A stretch of 64,000 nt of DNA from Promethearchaeota archaeon (GCA_048939765.1 JBHLPF010000017.1:1-64000), one strand, 5' to 3'; positions 10,226-20,448 are shown, counted from the stretch's first letter. A program made the numbers and translations. The notes: generated from the letters alone by a model not told the origin.

Positions 10226-11869
10226 CTATCCCTTATAGGGCTCTGAGATACTATCTTCCTCAACCTGGCTAGGCTTGTGCCTGCTCCTCCACTGATCCAA
10301 TGGCTGAGCGAACTTGTCCTCCAGCCTCGACCGGTGGATGGTGTTCATGGTGCAGAACGGAATAATCCTGCCATCAGGCGCTGCATAGTTGACATCGCAG
10401 TGTTGAACTCTCTCCAGATCCAGATTGTATGGATCCTGAAAATGCATCAGGCCTATCATGATAATCCTACGCATGAACTTCGCCAATGACTCGTAGTCGC
10501 CTCGATTGAGGAAAGCAGAGAGAAGGTCTTTGATGATTCCCTTCCTCTTGATATGCCTAGCACCAGCAGCAAGCTTGGCTTTCGCCCTTGCACTTGCGCC
10601 TCTCTTCTCCTGGGCAAAGAGATTGGATATGTCTTCAAGAAGCACGAGGAACTTGCTCACATCAATCAGATTGGTTATTGGCTCATAATCGCCGTCCTCA
10701 TTGATGTAGATGAATGTGGACATCCCACATGCAAAATGAGTGCTGAGCTCAAGTTGGGGAGTACCTTTCATGAGACCCAGGGCTCTACCTACGGGCATCA
10801 TCGCTGGAACCGGATACCATGCATCAAGCGGTATCTTTCCACCAGTCTGTTCCTCAATCAGATGGATGACATCGGGAATGGTGATTCTCATCTCGTTCCG
10901 TGCATTATGGTCAATGCGACCGGTGATGCTCACTGGCTGAAAGTTGACACAACGAATTACATCCCTGTTCTCAACTGCATACTCGATGATACCGCCAACT
11001 TGGTCGTCGTTCACACCTCTGACGACGGTTGGTACAAGAACCAGAGACTCCATCCCAATCTCTCGAGCATTCTGAATGGCTTGCTTCTTGATAGGCAACA
11101 AATTTGAGCCTCGTGCTGCGATGTAGGGATCTGGCGTAATGCCGTCAAACTGCATATACACCGTTGACAGTCCTGCGTCTCTGAGTTCCTGGAAATACTC
11201 CTTGCTCTTTCCAATCCTGATAGCGTTGCTCGCAATCTGGACGTGCCTAAAGCCCAACTCCTTGGCCCATCTTATGTACTGAGGTAGATGTTTGCTGACT
11301 GTTGGCTCACCACCAGCAAACTGAAGCGCAGGCGCCGGTACTGGCTCGTTGCTCCTGAGATTCTTCATCATGTCGAAGACTTCCTCAGGGGTAGGCTCGT
11401 AGACCGTTCCGCCTTCTGCAGCCACAGCAAAGCAGATTGGACATCTTAGATTGCATCTGTTCGTGACATCCAGAAGAGCCAGTGCAGTGTGTGATTTGTG
11501 TTCGGGACACTGTCCGCAGTCCTCTGGACATCCCTTTACTGTTTCAGTTCTGGGATTGTCTAGACCGACAGACTTGTACCACCACTTAGACGCCTCCCTG
11601 AACATCTTGGCGTCACCCCAATAAACGTCAATGAACTCGCCATGCTCATCACAGGTCTTCTTGTACATGACCTTCCCATCTTCTTCATAGAGCGTGGCGT
11701 CAATTACCTTAACATCATTATTTGTCAAGAAGCACTCAGGACAGATCGATTGTGTCTTGTAGGGAAGTTGCCTCTCGGGATACTTCTCTACCTGATACCT
11801 AGCATAACCGCCAGAATCCTCATGAGTGATGGGTTCCTCTGGAACCGGCTTGACTTCATCAGTTGCCAT
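10226..11869 (-). CDS. tes: Radical SAM tetraether lipid synthase (Tes/GDGT-MAS, MJ0619 family)
   Basis: N-terminal SICPEC...KTCDEHG, CPEDCGQCPEH, CNLRCPICFA radical SAM motif, HFACG, FQDPYNLDLERVQHC and IPFC C-terminal Cys. Confidence 0.88.
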   Translation of the reverse strand: MATDEVKPVPEEPITHEDSGGYARYQVEKYPERQLPYKTQSICPECFLTNNDVKVIDATLYEEDGKVMYKKTCDEHGEFIDVYWGDAKMFREASKWWYKSVGLDNPRTETVKGCPEDCGQCPEHKSHTALALLDVTNRCNLRCPICFAVAAEGGTVYEPTPEEVFDMMKNLRSNEPVPAPALQFAGGEPTVSKHLPQYIRWAKELGFRHVQIASNAIRIGKSKEYFQELRDAGLSTVYMQFDGITPDPYIAARGSNLLPIKKQAIQNAREIGMESLVLVPTVVRGVNDDQVGGIIEYAVENRDVIRCVNFQPVSITGRIDHNARNEMRITIPDVIHLIEEQTGGKIPLDAWYPVPAMMPVGRALGLMKGTPQLELSTHFACGMSTFIYINEDGDYEPITNLIDVSKFLVLLEDISNLFAQEKRGASARAKAKLAAGARHIKRKGIIKDLLSAFLNRGDYESLAKFMRRIIMIGLMHFQDPYNLDLERVQHCDVNYAAPDGRIIPFCTMNTIHRSRLEDKFAQPLDQWRSRHKPSQVEEDSISEPYKG

Positions 11870-11994
11870 GAATCATTCCACTCCATAGTCACTATATGGT
11901 ACCACCACTGAACAGGGTGGTATTTTGAACTCGGCTGCGAGGTTTTCGCAATATAACCTTTGTCCGAAACTTCCGAGTATGAAAAGGGGCATGG

Positions 11995-12306
11995 CTATTC
12001 TGACATCTTGAGGATGAATCCTTTATCGAATCCACCCCTCTCTTGGCGTTTCTTCAGTCGAATATCCTCAAGTGCTGCACGGCCGATTGATCGATGAACT
12101 AGAAGAGCTTCCAATGCTTCGAGGACGTCTGCAATCTCCTCATCCACTCCTGAATCTAGCAGTTCTTGAGATTCCTCTACTATTTTATGTCGGATGAGCT
12201 TGTCAAGTTCAGTTCCAGTAGCAATACGAACCTGTGGGTTCCCACCGTTTTGCCTAATGATCTCAGGAATCCTGTCACGAACCAGCTTCTCTGGCAATAT
12301 CTTCAC
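11995..12306 (-). CDS. MazG-like/phosphoribosyl-ATP pyrophosphohydrolase family NTP pyrophosphatase
   Basis: KLVRDRIPEII, EE..E, EEIADVLE, KRQERGGF motifs. Confidence 0.88.
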   Translation of the reverse strand: MKILPEKLVRDRIPEIIRQNGGNPQVRIATGTELDKLIRHKIVEESQELLDSGVDEEIADVLEALEALLVHRSIGRAALEDIRLKKRQERGGFDKGFILKMSE

Positions 12307-12318
12307 CTTATACCTAAG

Positions 12319-12987
12319 TCAAAGGACAAGTGCAGTTTCAACTTGATAACGAGCTTCAGCCAGAAATGCATCGATGGCGATTCCAAGGTCATCAGGTATC
12401 TCTGTAGTCCATGGTTCCTCAGCATCTCGTGCCATAGACTCAGTCATAGCACTGAAAGGGAGATACTTTGGGGTGAGTGTTTTGTCAAAGGAAACCGTGC
12501 CTATCCACTGGCCGTTGTGGATGACTTCGTATGTTGGCTGGTATTTCCTCAATGAATCAGGAACAATTGCATTCCAAAAGAAAGACATCCCATTGAATTG
12601 CCCGGGCTTCCCAAGAGCGATGGTATAGGTATCCATAGTGGCCTTTGCAGACTCCAAATCGTAGAGAATGCCAATGCGACAATTCAGGCATTGATTGAAC
12701 TCGAGACCATCGCCGTTCGGTTTCACATAAGCGATGCCATTCTTCTCAATATTGTCGTCATTACAATGCACACACAAGTCCATTCCCCATCGAACTTCAA
12801 GATGATCCGCAAAAGGTCCTTGGAGGAATCGAACTCTGGCTTCTTCAAAAGCGGTTCGAACTGCGTCCTCACCTTCGTTGTCCATCTTCTTTCGAATAAC
12901 GCTCCAGACTTCAAGAAGGTCTTGCCAAAGGACATTCAGTACCATGTCCGCGAGCTTGTCTAAAGGCCTGTCTTCAAGTGAACTCAT
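12319..12987 (-). CDS. Hypothetical protein with two CxxC pairs
   Basis: 222-aa ORF, CVHC and CLNC; RBS-like GGGTGA upstream; co-oriented with MazG-like gene. Confidence 0.7.
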   Translation of the reverse strand: MSSLEDRPLDKLADMVLNVLWQDLLEVWSVIRKKMDNEGEDAVRTAFEEARVRFLQGPFADHLEVRWGMDLCVHCNDDNIEKNGIAYVKPNGDGLEFNQCLNCRIGILYDLESAKATMDTYTIALGKPGQFNGMSFFWNAIVPDSLRKYQPTYEVIHNGQWIGTVSFDKTLTPKYLPFSAMTESMARDAEEPWTTEIPDDLGIAIDAFLAEARYQVETALVL

Positions 12988-13271
12988 ATCCTTAGATCAC
13001 CCTCGACTTCTTGATTACAGGAACTCTTCCATCGCAAGTGGCAATTAAGTCTTGGTCGTTTCAAGGTGCCAATATGAAGGTCAAGTATGGTTAGCCTAAG
13101 CTTTTTAACGGGGTCGGATGCAGGGAGGAGTACTAAAGGTGGACAAGGATGGATTGCCAAATTCACTAACACATGTGAAACTCAACGTAGTCCATTCTCT
13201 GATTGCGAACCTGTTCGGCTTTTGAAGAATTCTAGCTGCATGGATAATCAGTACAGGAGTCGGTGATATAG

Positions 13272-16200
13272 ATGTTCGAGCCAGTACCCAATCAAGTTGA
13301 TTTCGTTGCGCAGGAATATGAGACACTTAGGTTTTGGGAAGAGAAGCAGATCTTTGAGAAGCTGAGGAGATTGAGGGCGAAAGGCCCGATATGGTCCTTT
13401 ATTGATGGTCCTATCACTGCCAACAATCCTATGGGCGTTCATCATGGATGGGGACGAACATACAAGGACCTATACCATCGATTGAAAGCGATGCAGGGGC
13501 ATCATACACGCTATCAGAATGGCTTTGATTGTCAGGGACTCTGGGTTGAAGTCAACGTTGAACGAGATATGGGTTTCAGGGGCAAGCAAGACATAGAAGA
13601 CTATGGATTGGAGAAGTTCATCATATTGTGCAAGCAGCGGGTCTTGAAATATGCTGGAGTTATGACAGAGCAAAGCAAACGTCTAGGTTTTTGGATGGAC
13701 TGGGACAACCTGGAGACTCTGAAGACACTACATGATGCTCTTGATGATAATCCAGTGGCAGTGATGACTCTCGAGGGTGTTGAAGGTCCAGTTACTGGCA
13801 CGGTTGAGCAGCTCGTAGGAAGACTTGGTATGCCTGAACTTGGCGGATCATACTTCACATTCTCAGAAGAGAACAACTATACTATATGGACTGTGCTGAA
13901 GTCATGTCACGATAGAGGATGGATATACAAGGGCAGAGATGTCATGCCCTGGTGCGCTAGGTGTGGTACAGCCATCAGCCAACATGAAATAGTGACTGAA
14001 GGCTATCGCGAGCTGACTCATCCTAGCATAACGTTGAGATTCCCTTTGTTGGATCATGCGGGTGAAAGTCTCTTGGTATGGACAACGACTCCTTGGACTC
14101 TAAGCAGTAATGTGGCAGCTGCTGTTGGTCCCGAACTGACCTATGTCAAGGTTCGCCAGGGAGAGGAAACATTCTACTTAAGCCGTGGGACTCTGCATAT
14201 GTTGAAGGGCGACTATGAAGTCGAGGAGGAGCTGCTTGGCTTTGACATGGAGGGCTGGGTCTATCATGGCCCCTTTGATGAGCTACCAGCTCAAAAAGAG
14301 AGCGGAGTTTCAGGAAAGCACAAAGTGATACTGTGGGATGAAGTGGGAGAAGAGGAAGGAACTGGTATAGTGCACATTGCTCCTGGATGCGGAGCTGAGG
14401 ACTTCCAACTCTCCAAGGAGTTTGACCTTGTCGCAATAGCGCCTCTTACAGAAAATGGCATCTTTATCGATGGGTTTGACTGGTTGTCGGGGATGAGTGT
14501 CAAGGAAGTTGCCCAGCCAATCTTTGACAATCTGACTGAGAAGGGATTGACATACAAGGTTGAGGACTATACGCATCGATATCCTGTGTGCTGGCGTTGT
14601 CAGGAAGAATTGGTCTTTCGTCTTGTTGATGAGTGGTTCATATCCATGGGGACCAAACTTGACGTACCCTATGAGGAGGTCACGGATGAGCAGAAAGACG
14701 CCAATCTCCGTTATCAGATAATGGAGGTAGTTACTGATGAAACCAACTGGCACCCCTCATTTGGAAAAGAGAGAGAGCTAGATTGGCTGCGGAACATGGA
14801 TGACTGGATGATCTCCAAGAAACGATATTGGGGCCTTGCACTGCCCATATGGGAGTGTGCGAGCTGCAGTCATTTCGAAGTGATAGGCAGCAGAGAGGAA
14901 TTGAAAGAACGTGCTGTTGTTGGCTGGGACTCCTTCGAAGGTCATTCACCTCACAGACCATTCATCGATGAAATAGAGATAGAATGTGGTGAATGCGGCC
15001 AGAGAATGAAACGAATACCGGACGTGGGTAATCCCTGGTTGGATGCAGGAATAGTAGCAATGAGTACAATGAGGTACAACTCAGATAGGAAGTATTGGAA
15101 CAAGTGGTACCCGGCAGAACTCATCAGCGAGAGTTTTCCAGGTCAATTCAGAAATTGGTTCTATAGCCTACTCGCAATGAGCACGATACTCGAACGCAAA
15201 GCACCATTCAGGCATGTCTTCACCTATGCAACTCTGACGGCTGAAGATGGGAGAGAGATGCACAAGTCATGGGGGAATATGATAGAGTTCAATGAAGCTG
15301 CTGATTCAATGGGTGTGGATGTGATGCGATGGCTCTTTTGTACTCATAAACCTGAAAAGGACCTTGCCTTTGGGTATTCTCGAGGCGACGAAGTACGACG
15401 GCATTTTCTCATCCCTCTTTGGAATGTCTATTCATTCTTTGTCACATATGCACTCATAGACGGGTGGGTTCCCAAGACGGACCTGAAGACCTCGCCTAGC
15501 TTGCTAGACCGATGGATACTCTCCCGGATGAATGAGGTTACTCGAGATGTCACTGCGTATTTGGAGTCATACGAACCTAACATGGCGGCAGCTGTTGTAG
15601 ACCGATTCATAGATCATCTGAGTAACTGGTATCTCAGACGAAGTCGTCGCCGCTTCTGGGTAGAAGCCGGGTCGAGTGATGAGGAAGATGCTGACAAGAA
15701 TGCGGCTTATGATACATTATATCGAGTCTTAGTGACCCTCTCTCGATTGCTAGCACCATTTGTACCGTTCGTGTCTGAAGTCATACATCAGAATTTAGTC
15801 CGTAGCGTGGAGTCAGGTGCACCAGAGAGCGTACATCATTGCGATTGGCCCTTGAGCGATTCTGTTGATGAGGAGCTTAACAGCGAGATGGCGCTTGTAC
15901 TTAGATTGGTTTCTTTGGGACATGCAGCAAGAAACCAGGCAAATCGCAAGCTTCGACAACCATTGTCTGAGATAGCATTTGCTGTTGGAATGGACAAGGA
16001 GCGAGATGTCGTTATGCGCTATGCAGATTTGGTGGGGGATGAATTGAATGTCAAGCATGTTCGATTATTGGATGTTACTGGAGAAGTAGTGAGCTATCAG
16101 CTAAAACCGCTTCCAAAGCAACTGGGTCAGAAGTACGGCTCTCATTTCCCTGCACTTAGAAATGCAATACTCGGTCTAGATCCCCGTGAATCGTCGACAC

Positions 16201-16625
16201 ATCTTCAGGCTGGCGAATCCATTGAAGTAGAGGTGAACGGTGAGAAATTCGAGATACTACCTGATGAAGTCGAAGTCATAGTTGAAGCTAAAGAGGGCTT
16301 TTCGACAGCATCCGAGGGAGGATATCTTGCTGCCCTGACTACCGAGTTAACGCCGGAACTGGAACTTGAAGGATTGGCAAGAGAATTTGTGAGACGGGTT
16401 CAAAACGTACGCAAGTCAGCCGATCTGAATGTTAATGATAGGATAGACATTCAGTATTCCTCAAGCAGCCGATTGGCGGAGGCGGTTGAGTCTCATCAGC
16501 AATATATCACAGAAGAAACACTAGCGAATAGCTTGAAACAGGCGAAGAAACCTGCTGGAGATTACCGAGAGGAATACAAGTTTGGCGACGAGAATCTTAT
16601 GATAGCGATAGCTCTTAGTGAATAG
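13272..16625 (+). CDS. ileS: Isoleucine--tRNA ligase (type 2) with GVHH/EMHKS signatures
   Basis: DGPITAN, GFDCQGL, VWTTTPWTL, GTGIVHIAP editing domain, DWMISKKRYWG, type-2 C-terminus EGLAREFVRRVQ. Confidence 0.96.
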   Translation: MFEPVPNQVDFVAQEYETLRFWEEKQIFEKLRRLRAKGPIWSFIDGPITANNPMGVHHGWGRTYKDLYHRLKAMQGHHTRYQNGFDCQGLWVEVNVERDMGFRGKQDIEDYGLEKFIILCKQRVLKYAGVMTEQSKRLGFWMDWDNLETLKTLHDALDDNPVAVMTLEGVEGPVTGTVEQLVGRLGMPELGGSYFTFSEENNYTIWTVLKSCHDRGWIYKGRDVMPWCARCGTAISQHEIVTEGYRELTHPSITLRFPLLDHAGESLLVWTTTPWTLSSNVAAAVGPELTYVKVRQGEETFYLSRGTLHMLKGDYEVEEELLGFDMEGWVYHGPFDELPAQKESGVSGKHKVILWDEVGEEEGTGIVHIAPGCGAEDFQLSKEFDLVAIAPLTENGIFIDGFDWLSGMSVKEVAQPIFDNLTEKGLTYKVEDYTHRYPVCWRCQEELVFRLVDEWFISMGTKLDVPYEEVTDEQKDANLRYQIMEVVTDETNWHPSFGKERELDWLRNMDDWMISKKRYWGLALPIWECASCSHFEVIGSREELKERAVVGWDSFEGHSPHRPFIDEIEIECGECGQRMKRIPDVGNPWLDAGIVAMSTMRYNSDRKYWNKWYPAELISESFPGQFRNWFYSLLAMSTILERKAPFRHVFTYATLTAEDGREMHKSWGNMIEFNEAADSMGVDVMRWLFCTHKPEKDLAFGYSRGDEVRRHFLIPLWNVYSFFVTYALIDGWVPKTDLKTSPSLLDRWILSRMNEVTRDVTAYLESYEPNMAAAVVDRFIDHLSNWYLRRSRRRFWVEAGSSDEEDADKNAAYDTLYRVLVTLSRLLAPFVPFVSEVIHQNLVRSVESGAPESVHHCDWPLSDSVDEELNSEMALVLRLVSLGHAARNQANRKLRQPLSEIAFAVGMDKERDVVMRYADLVGDELNVKHVRLLDVTGEVVSYQLKPLPKQLGQKYGSHFPALRNAILGLDPRESSTHLQAGESIEVEVNGEKFEILPDEVEVIVEAKEGFSTASEGGYLAALTTELTPELELEGLAREFVRRVQNVRKSADLNVNDRIDIQYSSSSRLAEAVESHQQYITEETLANSLKQAKKPAGDYREEYKFGDENLMIAIALSE

Positions 16626-16659
16626 CAGGAACCAGTTGATGAGATGCTTGAAACAGGGG

Positions 16660-18021
16660 TCATAGCCCTCCTGGCTTTCTCAAGAGAACATCAATCAGGG
16701 TGTGATAGAAATCAGCGTTCTCCTTTATTGAGGAAATCGATACCCACTCGTTGGGCCCGTGGGTGTTACCACCACGAGGGCCAAAGTCGAATAGCTCGCA
16801 CCCCTCTCCGGCAAAGAAACGAGAATCAGATGCGCCATATCCCTCTATCACTCTGTACGGGATCTGTTCCTTCTCAAGTGCCCAACGTGCGGCTCGTATC
16901 AGGCGGGAATTTGGATCAGTGTCGACATACCCGACGCCAGGGCTCACACGTAATGAGAATAGATTAACACGTCCTTCCAATGCTCTCTGGATAGCCCTCT
17001 CCACAGCCTCTCCGTCATTTGTCATTGCACGAATATCACAATAGAGAGACCAGAGGTCACCCTCAATGGATAACAGATTGGGCGAGATTATTCTCCCGTG
17101 GTCTGAATATTCAGTTGAGAAGGCCGCATTTGATAGGGGAAGAAGTGCTCTCATAAGTCCAGTCAGAGCTTCATCATACTCTGACTCCGGTTGTGACTCA
17201 TCAGGATGGAGGAGGTCAACCTCAATCCATCCAGGTACGACATTTGATTTCAGGAAAGCTCCTCTAACATCCTTCACGACAGTATATGGATTTACATCAA
17301 GATATTTGGAGGCGGCTAGCATCGCATGCCGATCTACACTTGGCCGCATGTAGGCTGAGTGGCGGGATGTTGAGCCGAAAACATCGGTTTCGAATCTAAT
17401 CGTTTCTGCTCGGCCTCGCATCTTGGCCATTGACTTCTTTGCCTTGATGTAGGTGGGCAAGACATTCCGTCGCCGATGAATGATTTGCTGACCAACGCTA
17501 TCAGCTATGACTACATAATCTGGAAAAAGGCCCTGCTTGACTAGATGTTCCTTGAGCTTGAATGCCCCATTTCTGCCTCCAATCTCCTCATCCCCACTAG
17601 CAGCGATGGTAACAGTACACGGAAAGGCACTCTCTTTCAGTCTATCCGCCAAGAGAAGAAGTGACACAATATTCCCCTTATTGTCGGATGAGCCTCGGCC
17701 ATAGGCGATATCTCCATCAACACGGAGCTTGAAGGGATCAGACTCCCATCCTTCACCCACAGGTACGACATCAAAATGGGCTAGGAAGAGAATTTTGAAC
17801 TCACCCTGGCCATAGCGCCCATAGACCGTATGATAGCCCTCAAATTCGATTATTTCTGAGATAAGCCCAGCTTCTTCAAGTCTACTACCGATATACTGTG
17901 CGCAGTCTAGGTTTGCTCTTTTATCCAGTGGATCACTTATTGTCTGAAATGATACCAATGTTTCCAGTTCTTCTACAACATCCCCGTTCATTGCACTTGA
18001 CCATGCCACATGGCTGGACAA
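16660..18021 (-). CDS. M20/ArgE-DapE family metallopeptidase
   Basis: AHFDVVP, GRGSSDNKG, DEEIGG, HGPNE. Confidence 0.9.
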   Translation of the reverse strand: MSSHVAWSSAMNGDVVEELETLVSFQTISDPLDKRANLDCAQYIGSRLEEAGLISEIIEFEGYHTVYGRYGQGEFKILFLAHFDVVPVGEGWESDPFKLRVDGDIAYGRGSSDNKGNIVSLLLLADRLKESAFPCTVTIAASGDEEIGGRNGAFKLKEHLVKQGLFPDYVVIADSVGQQIIHRRRNVLPTYIKAKKSMAKMRGRAETIRFETDVFGSTSRHSAYMRPSVDRHAMLAASKYLDVNPYTVVKDVRGAFLKSNVVPGWIEVDLLHPDESQPESEYDEALTGLMRALLPLSNAAFSTEYSDHGRIISPNLLSIEGDLWSLYCDIRAMTNDGEAVERAIQRALEGRVNLFSLRVSPGVGYVDTDPNSRLIRAARWALEKEQIPYRVIEGYGASDSRFFAGEGCELFDFGPRGGNTHGPNEWVSISSIKENADFYHTLIDVLLRKPGGL

Positions 18022-18093
18022 ATATCCATCGATGTAGAGATATGAAAAGAAAGTGGTGGAGCGAAGACCAGCTGGTCGTCGCTCATGGTCATT

Positions 18094-20307
18094 CTAGGTT
18101 CGTTTGTAGATCCATCGACTCCAAGAGCCTATAGATGGCATTTCCTCCGGCATACCTTTCCTTGCTCGAATCTCCAGAATCTTCTCTTCCTGCATATTTC
18201 CAGGGACTGGTTCAAAGCCTCGAAACTCGTAACCGAAGAAGCTTCTACCGGCAGCAGCACTGCGAAATTCATCTGCAATGCCAATTGTTTCCGCTGTCGG
18301 TAATGTGCCTCTGATTGTGACTGTGTCTTCCTCAGCCTCAATCGTAACAATCTGACCTCGATGACCAGTAAGCACTTTGATGATGCCCCCCTGCGTGTCA
18401 GTTGGAGTCTTGATGTCCGCATTCAGAATTGGCTCGTAGAGACCTGAAGCCCCAGTGAGGAAGCTCATGTTAAGACCAGAGCTGGTCATCGTAGCGACCT
18501 CGTTGTAGCCAGTGTGCGCAGGATCAGTGTGAACTGTTGCATCTGTAAGGACTACCTTCACACCCATGACGGGCTCTCTTGCTATCGGTCCTTGGTCTAT
18601 GAACTCACGAAATGTGGTCTCGAGATATGAGTAGATTCTGTCGAATCGCTGCACACCGCTCATGGCATCAACAAGCATGCTTGATTCGTAGATATCCAGA
18701 ATCTTGCGGGCTTCCTTCGCATCCCATCCTGCCTCGTCACGGAGAATGGCTGCACGCTCGCGCGAGTTCATGTCCCTCGTAATCCGCTTTTTCCTGATGA
18801 GCTCAATAGCCTTCTCATCTAGGGGCTCTACATACAGTCTTAGACGATTATGACCGTTTGGAGATTTGGTGTGGAACTCTTGGCCACGTTCAGTAATCTT
18901 CTCACGATAGACAATGATTGGCTCAGATATGATGATCTTCACCTGTTCATTGATACGTTTGGTCAGAATCTCAATTTGAAGAGGGTCAATCCCATCCAGT
19001 CTGTATTCTCCGGACTCCTTGTCGTGAATGAATCTCGCTGTTGGGTCAGCCATGATCCACTTTGAAACGACCTCACCTAGCTTCGCGATGTCCTGAGGAT
19101 CAACTGGCTTGATGCTTCTGCTGACTACAGGTTCGCTTACATATTCAATGGCTTCAAAGCCATGCATCTCAGAGTCCACTGCTACAAAAGACTCTCCGGA
19201 TGGACACATAAATCCGAACACAGAGAAGAGATTCCCTGCTGGAACTTCTTCCATTGGCAGAATGTCAGTAATCTCTTGTACGCCAAGTCGTTTCACAGTG
19301 ACGCTTTTCCTCATGTTGACAAGACGGATTGACTGTCCTGATTTCACAGTACCTGAGAAAACTCTACCAATCAGTGTGGGCCTCTTGCTCTTTGGGTCGA
19401 CAAAGATCTTGGTGATCATTCCGAGTAGCGGGCCTTTGCGATCACACTCAAGAAGTGCCTTGCCTTCTGTGCTGTCAAGATCACCTTTCCAGATTCTCGG
19501 AATCTTGTAGGCTTGTGCTTCCTTTGGGTTGGGGAGGTGGTGTACTATCATCTCAAGAAGGGCATCATCCAGTGGGAGGTTCTCACGAAGCCACATCTCG
19601 TCGCCCTCGTTGTATTTCTCGAATACTACTTTGGCAGGAACACCTTTCTTTGCGAGCGTCTTATTTGTGAAAGCCCAACCGGTCTTTGCGCTTCCAATTG
19701 CAACACTGCCTTCCTCAAAGTTGACTCTCCATTCCTTTGCATATTCAGGAGGAGCAACTTTCTTGATGAGTTCATTGACCTTTGAAGCTATGATGACAAG
19801 TCGCTCTCCAACCTTCTCAGGGGGGAGCTTCAACTCATTGATCAATCTGTCCACTTTGTTAATGAAGAGGACTGGCTTGCATGCCTCGCCGCCTACTGCA
19901 AGTCGGATGTTCGTTTCAGTCTGCGTCATGACTCCCTCAAGTGCATCAACCAGAATGACGGCACCATCACTAGCGCGCAATGCACGTGAAACTTCTCCTG
20001 TGAAAGAGAGGTGTCCAGGCGTATCGGACAGCTGTACTAAATACTCTTCTCCATCAACTTCGAAGTTTAGCAGAACAACAGAGGTGAAGATCGTGATTCC
20101 TCTTTCCTGCTCCTCGTCGTCACTGTCTGTCATAAGAGCCTGCCCAGCGGCTGCGTCACTCATGAGACCTGCACGGCGCATCAGATAGTCTGTTGTTGTT
20201 GTCTTGCCGTGATCGATGTGAGCGCTGATAGAGATGATTCTCTTATGCTCATAGTCATCTGACATTATTAGTCTCTTAATTGCGTCTGGGTCCTTTATCT
20301 TGACCAA
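18094..20307 (-). CDS. Elongation factor 2 family GTPase, probably the archaeal paralog aEF-2p
   Basis: AHIDHGKTT, ERGITI, DTPGH, NKVD; domain IV KSPNGHNR; loop HTDPAHTG instead of HxDxxHRG; not in the str operon; TTG start with AGGTGA RBS. Confidence 0.9.
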   Translation of the reverse strand: MVKIKDPDAIKRLIMSDDYEHKRIISISAHIDHGKTTTTDYLMRRAGLMSDAAAGQALMTDSDDEEQERGITIFTSVVLLNFEVDGEEYLVQLSDTPGHLSFTGEVSRALRASDGAVILVDALEGVMTQTETNIRLAVGGEACKPVLFINKVDRLINELKLPPEKVGERLVIIASKVNELIKKVAPPEYAKEWRVNFEEGSVAIGSAKTGWAFTNKTLAKKGVPAKVVFEKYNEGDEMWLRENLPLDDALLEMIVHHLPNPKEAQAYKIPRIWKGDLDSTEGKALLECDRKGPLLGMITKIFVDPKSKRPTLIGRVFSGTVKSGQSIRLVNMRKSVTVKRLGVQEITDILPMEEVPAGNLFSVFGFMCPSGESFVAVDSEMHGFEAIEYVSEPVVSRSIKPVDPQDIAKLGEVVSKWIMADPTARFIHDKESGEYRLDGIDPLQIEILTKRINEQVKIIISEPIIVYREKITERGQEFHTKSPNGHNRLRLYVEPLDEKAIELIRKKRITRDMNSRERAAILRDEAGWDAKEARKILDIYESSMLVDAMSGVQRFDRIYSYLETTFREFIDQGPIAREPVMGVKVVLTDATVHTDPAHTGYNEVATMTSSGLNMSFLTGASGLYEPILNADIKTPTDTQGGIIKVLTGHRGQIVTIEAEEDTVTIRGTLPTAETIGIADEFRSAAAGRSFFGYEFRGFEPVPGNMQEEKILEIRARKGMPEEMPSIGSWSRWIYKRT

Positions 20308-20448
20308 TTGCTTTCACCTTATTTGCGAATAGTCTGACCCCAACTCCAAAGTCATAGTTCCGGGAGAACTAGGTCAGGGTCAACCGAAGGCCTCGGTGGC
20401 TAGCGCGGAGAGCCTTATAGATTCTTAAAAGATTATCGTCATAGGACC

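Noticed and set aside
13130-13150. Canonical T-box riboswitch before ileS
   Set aside because: Only AAGGUGGA resembles it; no ACCGCG continuation, Stem I or terminator
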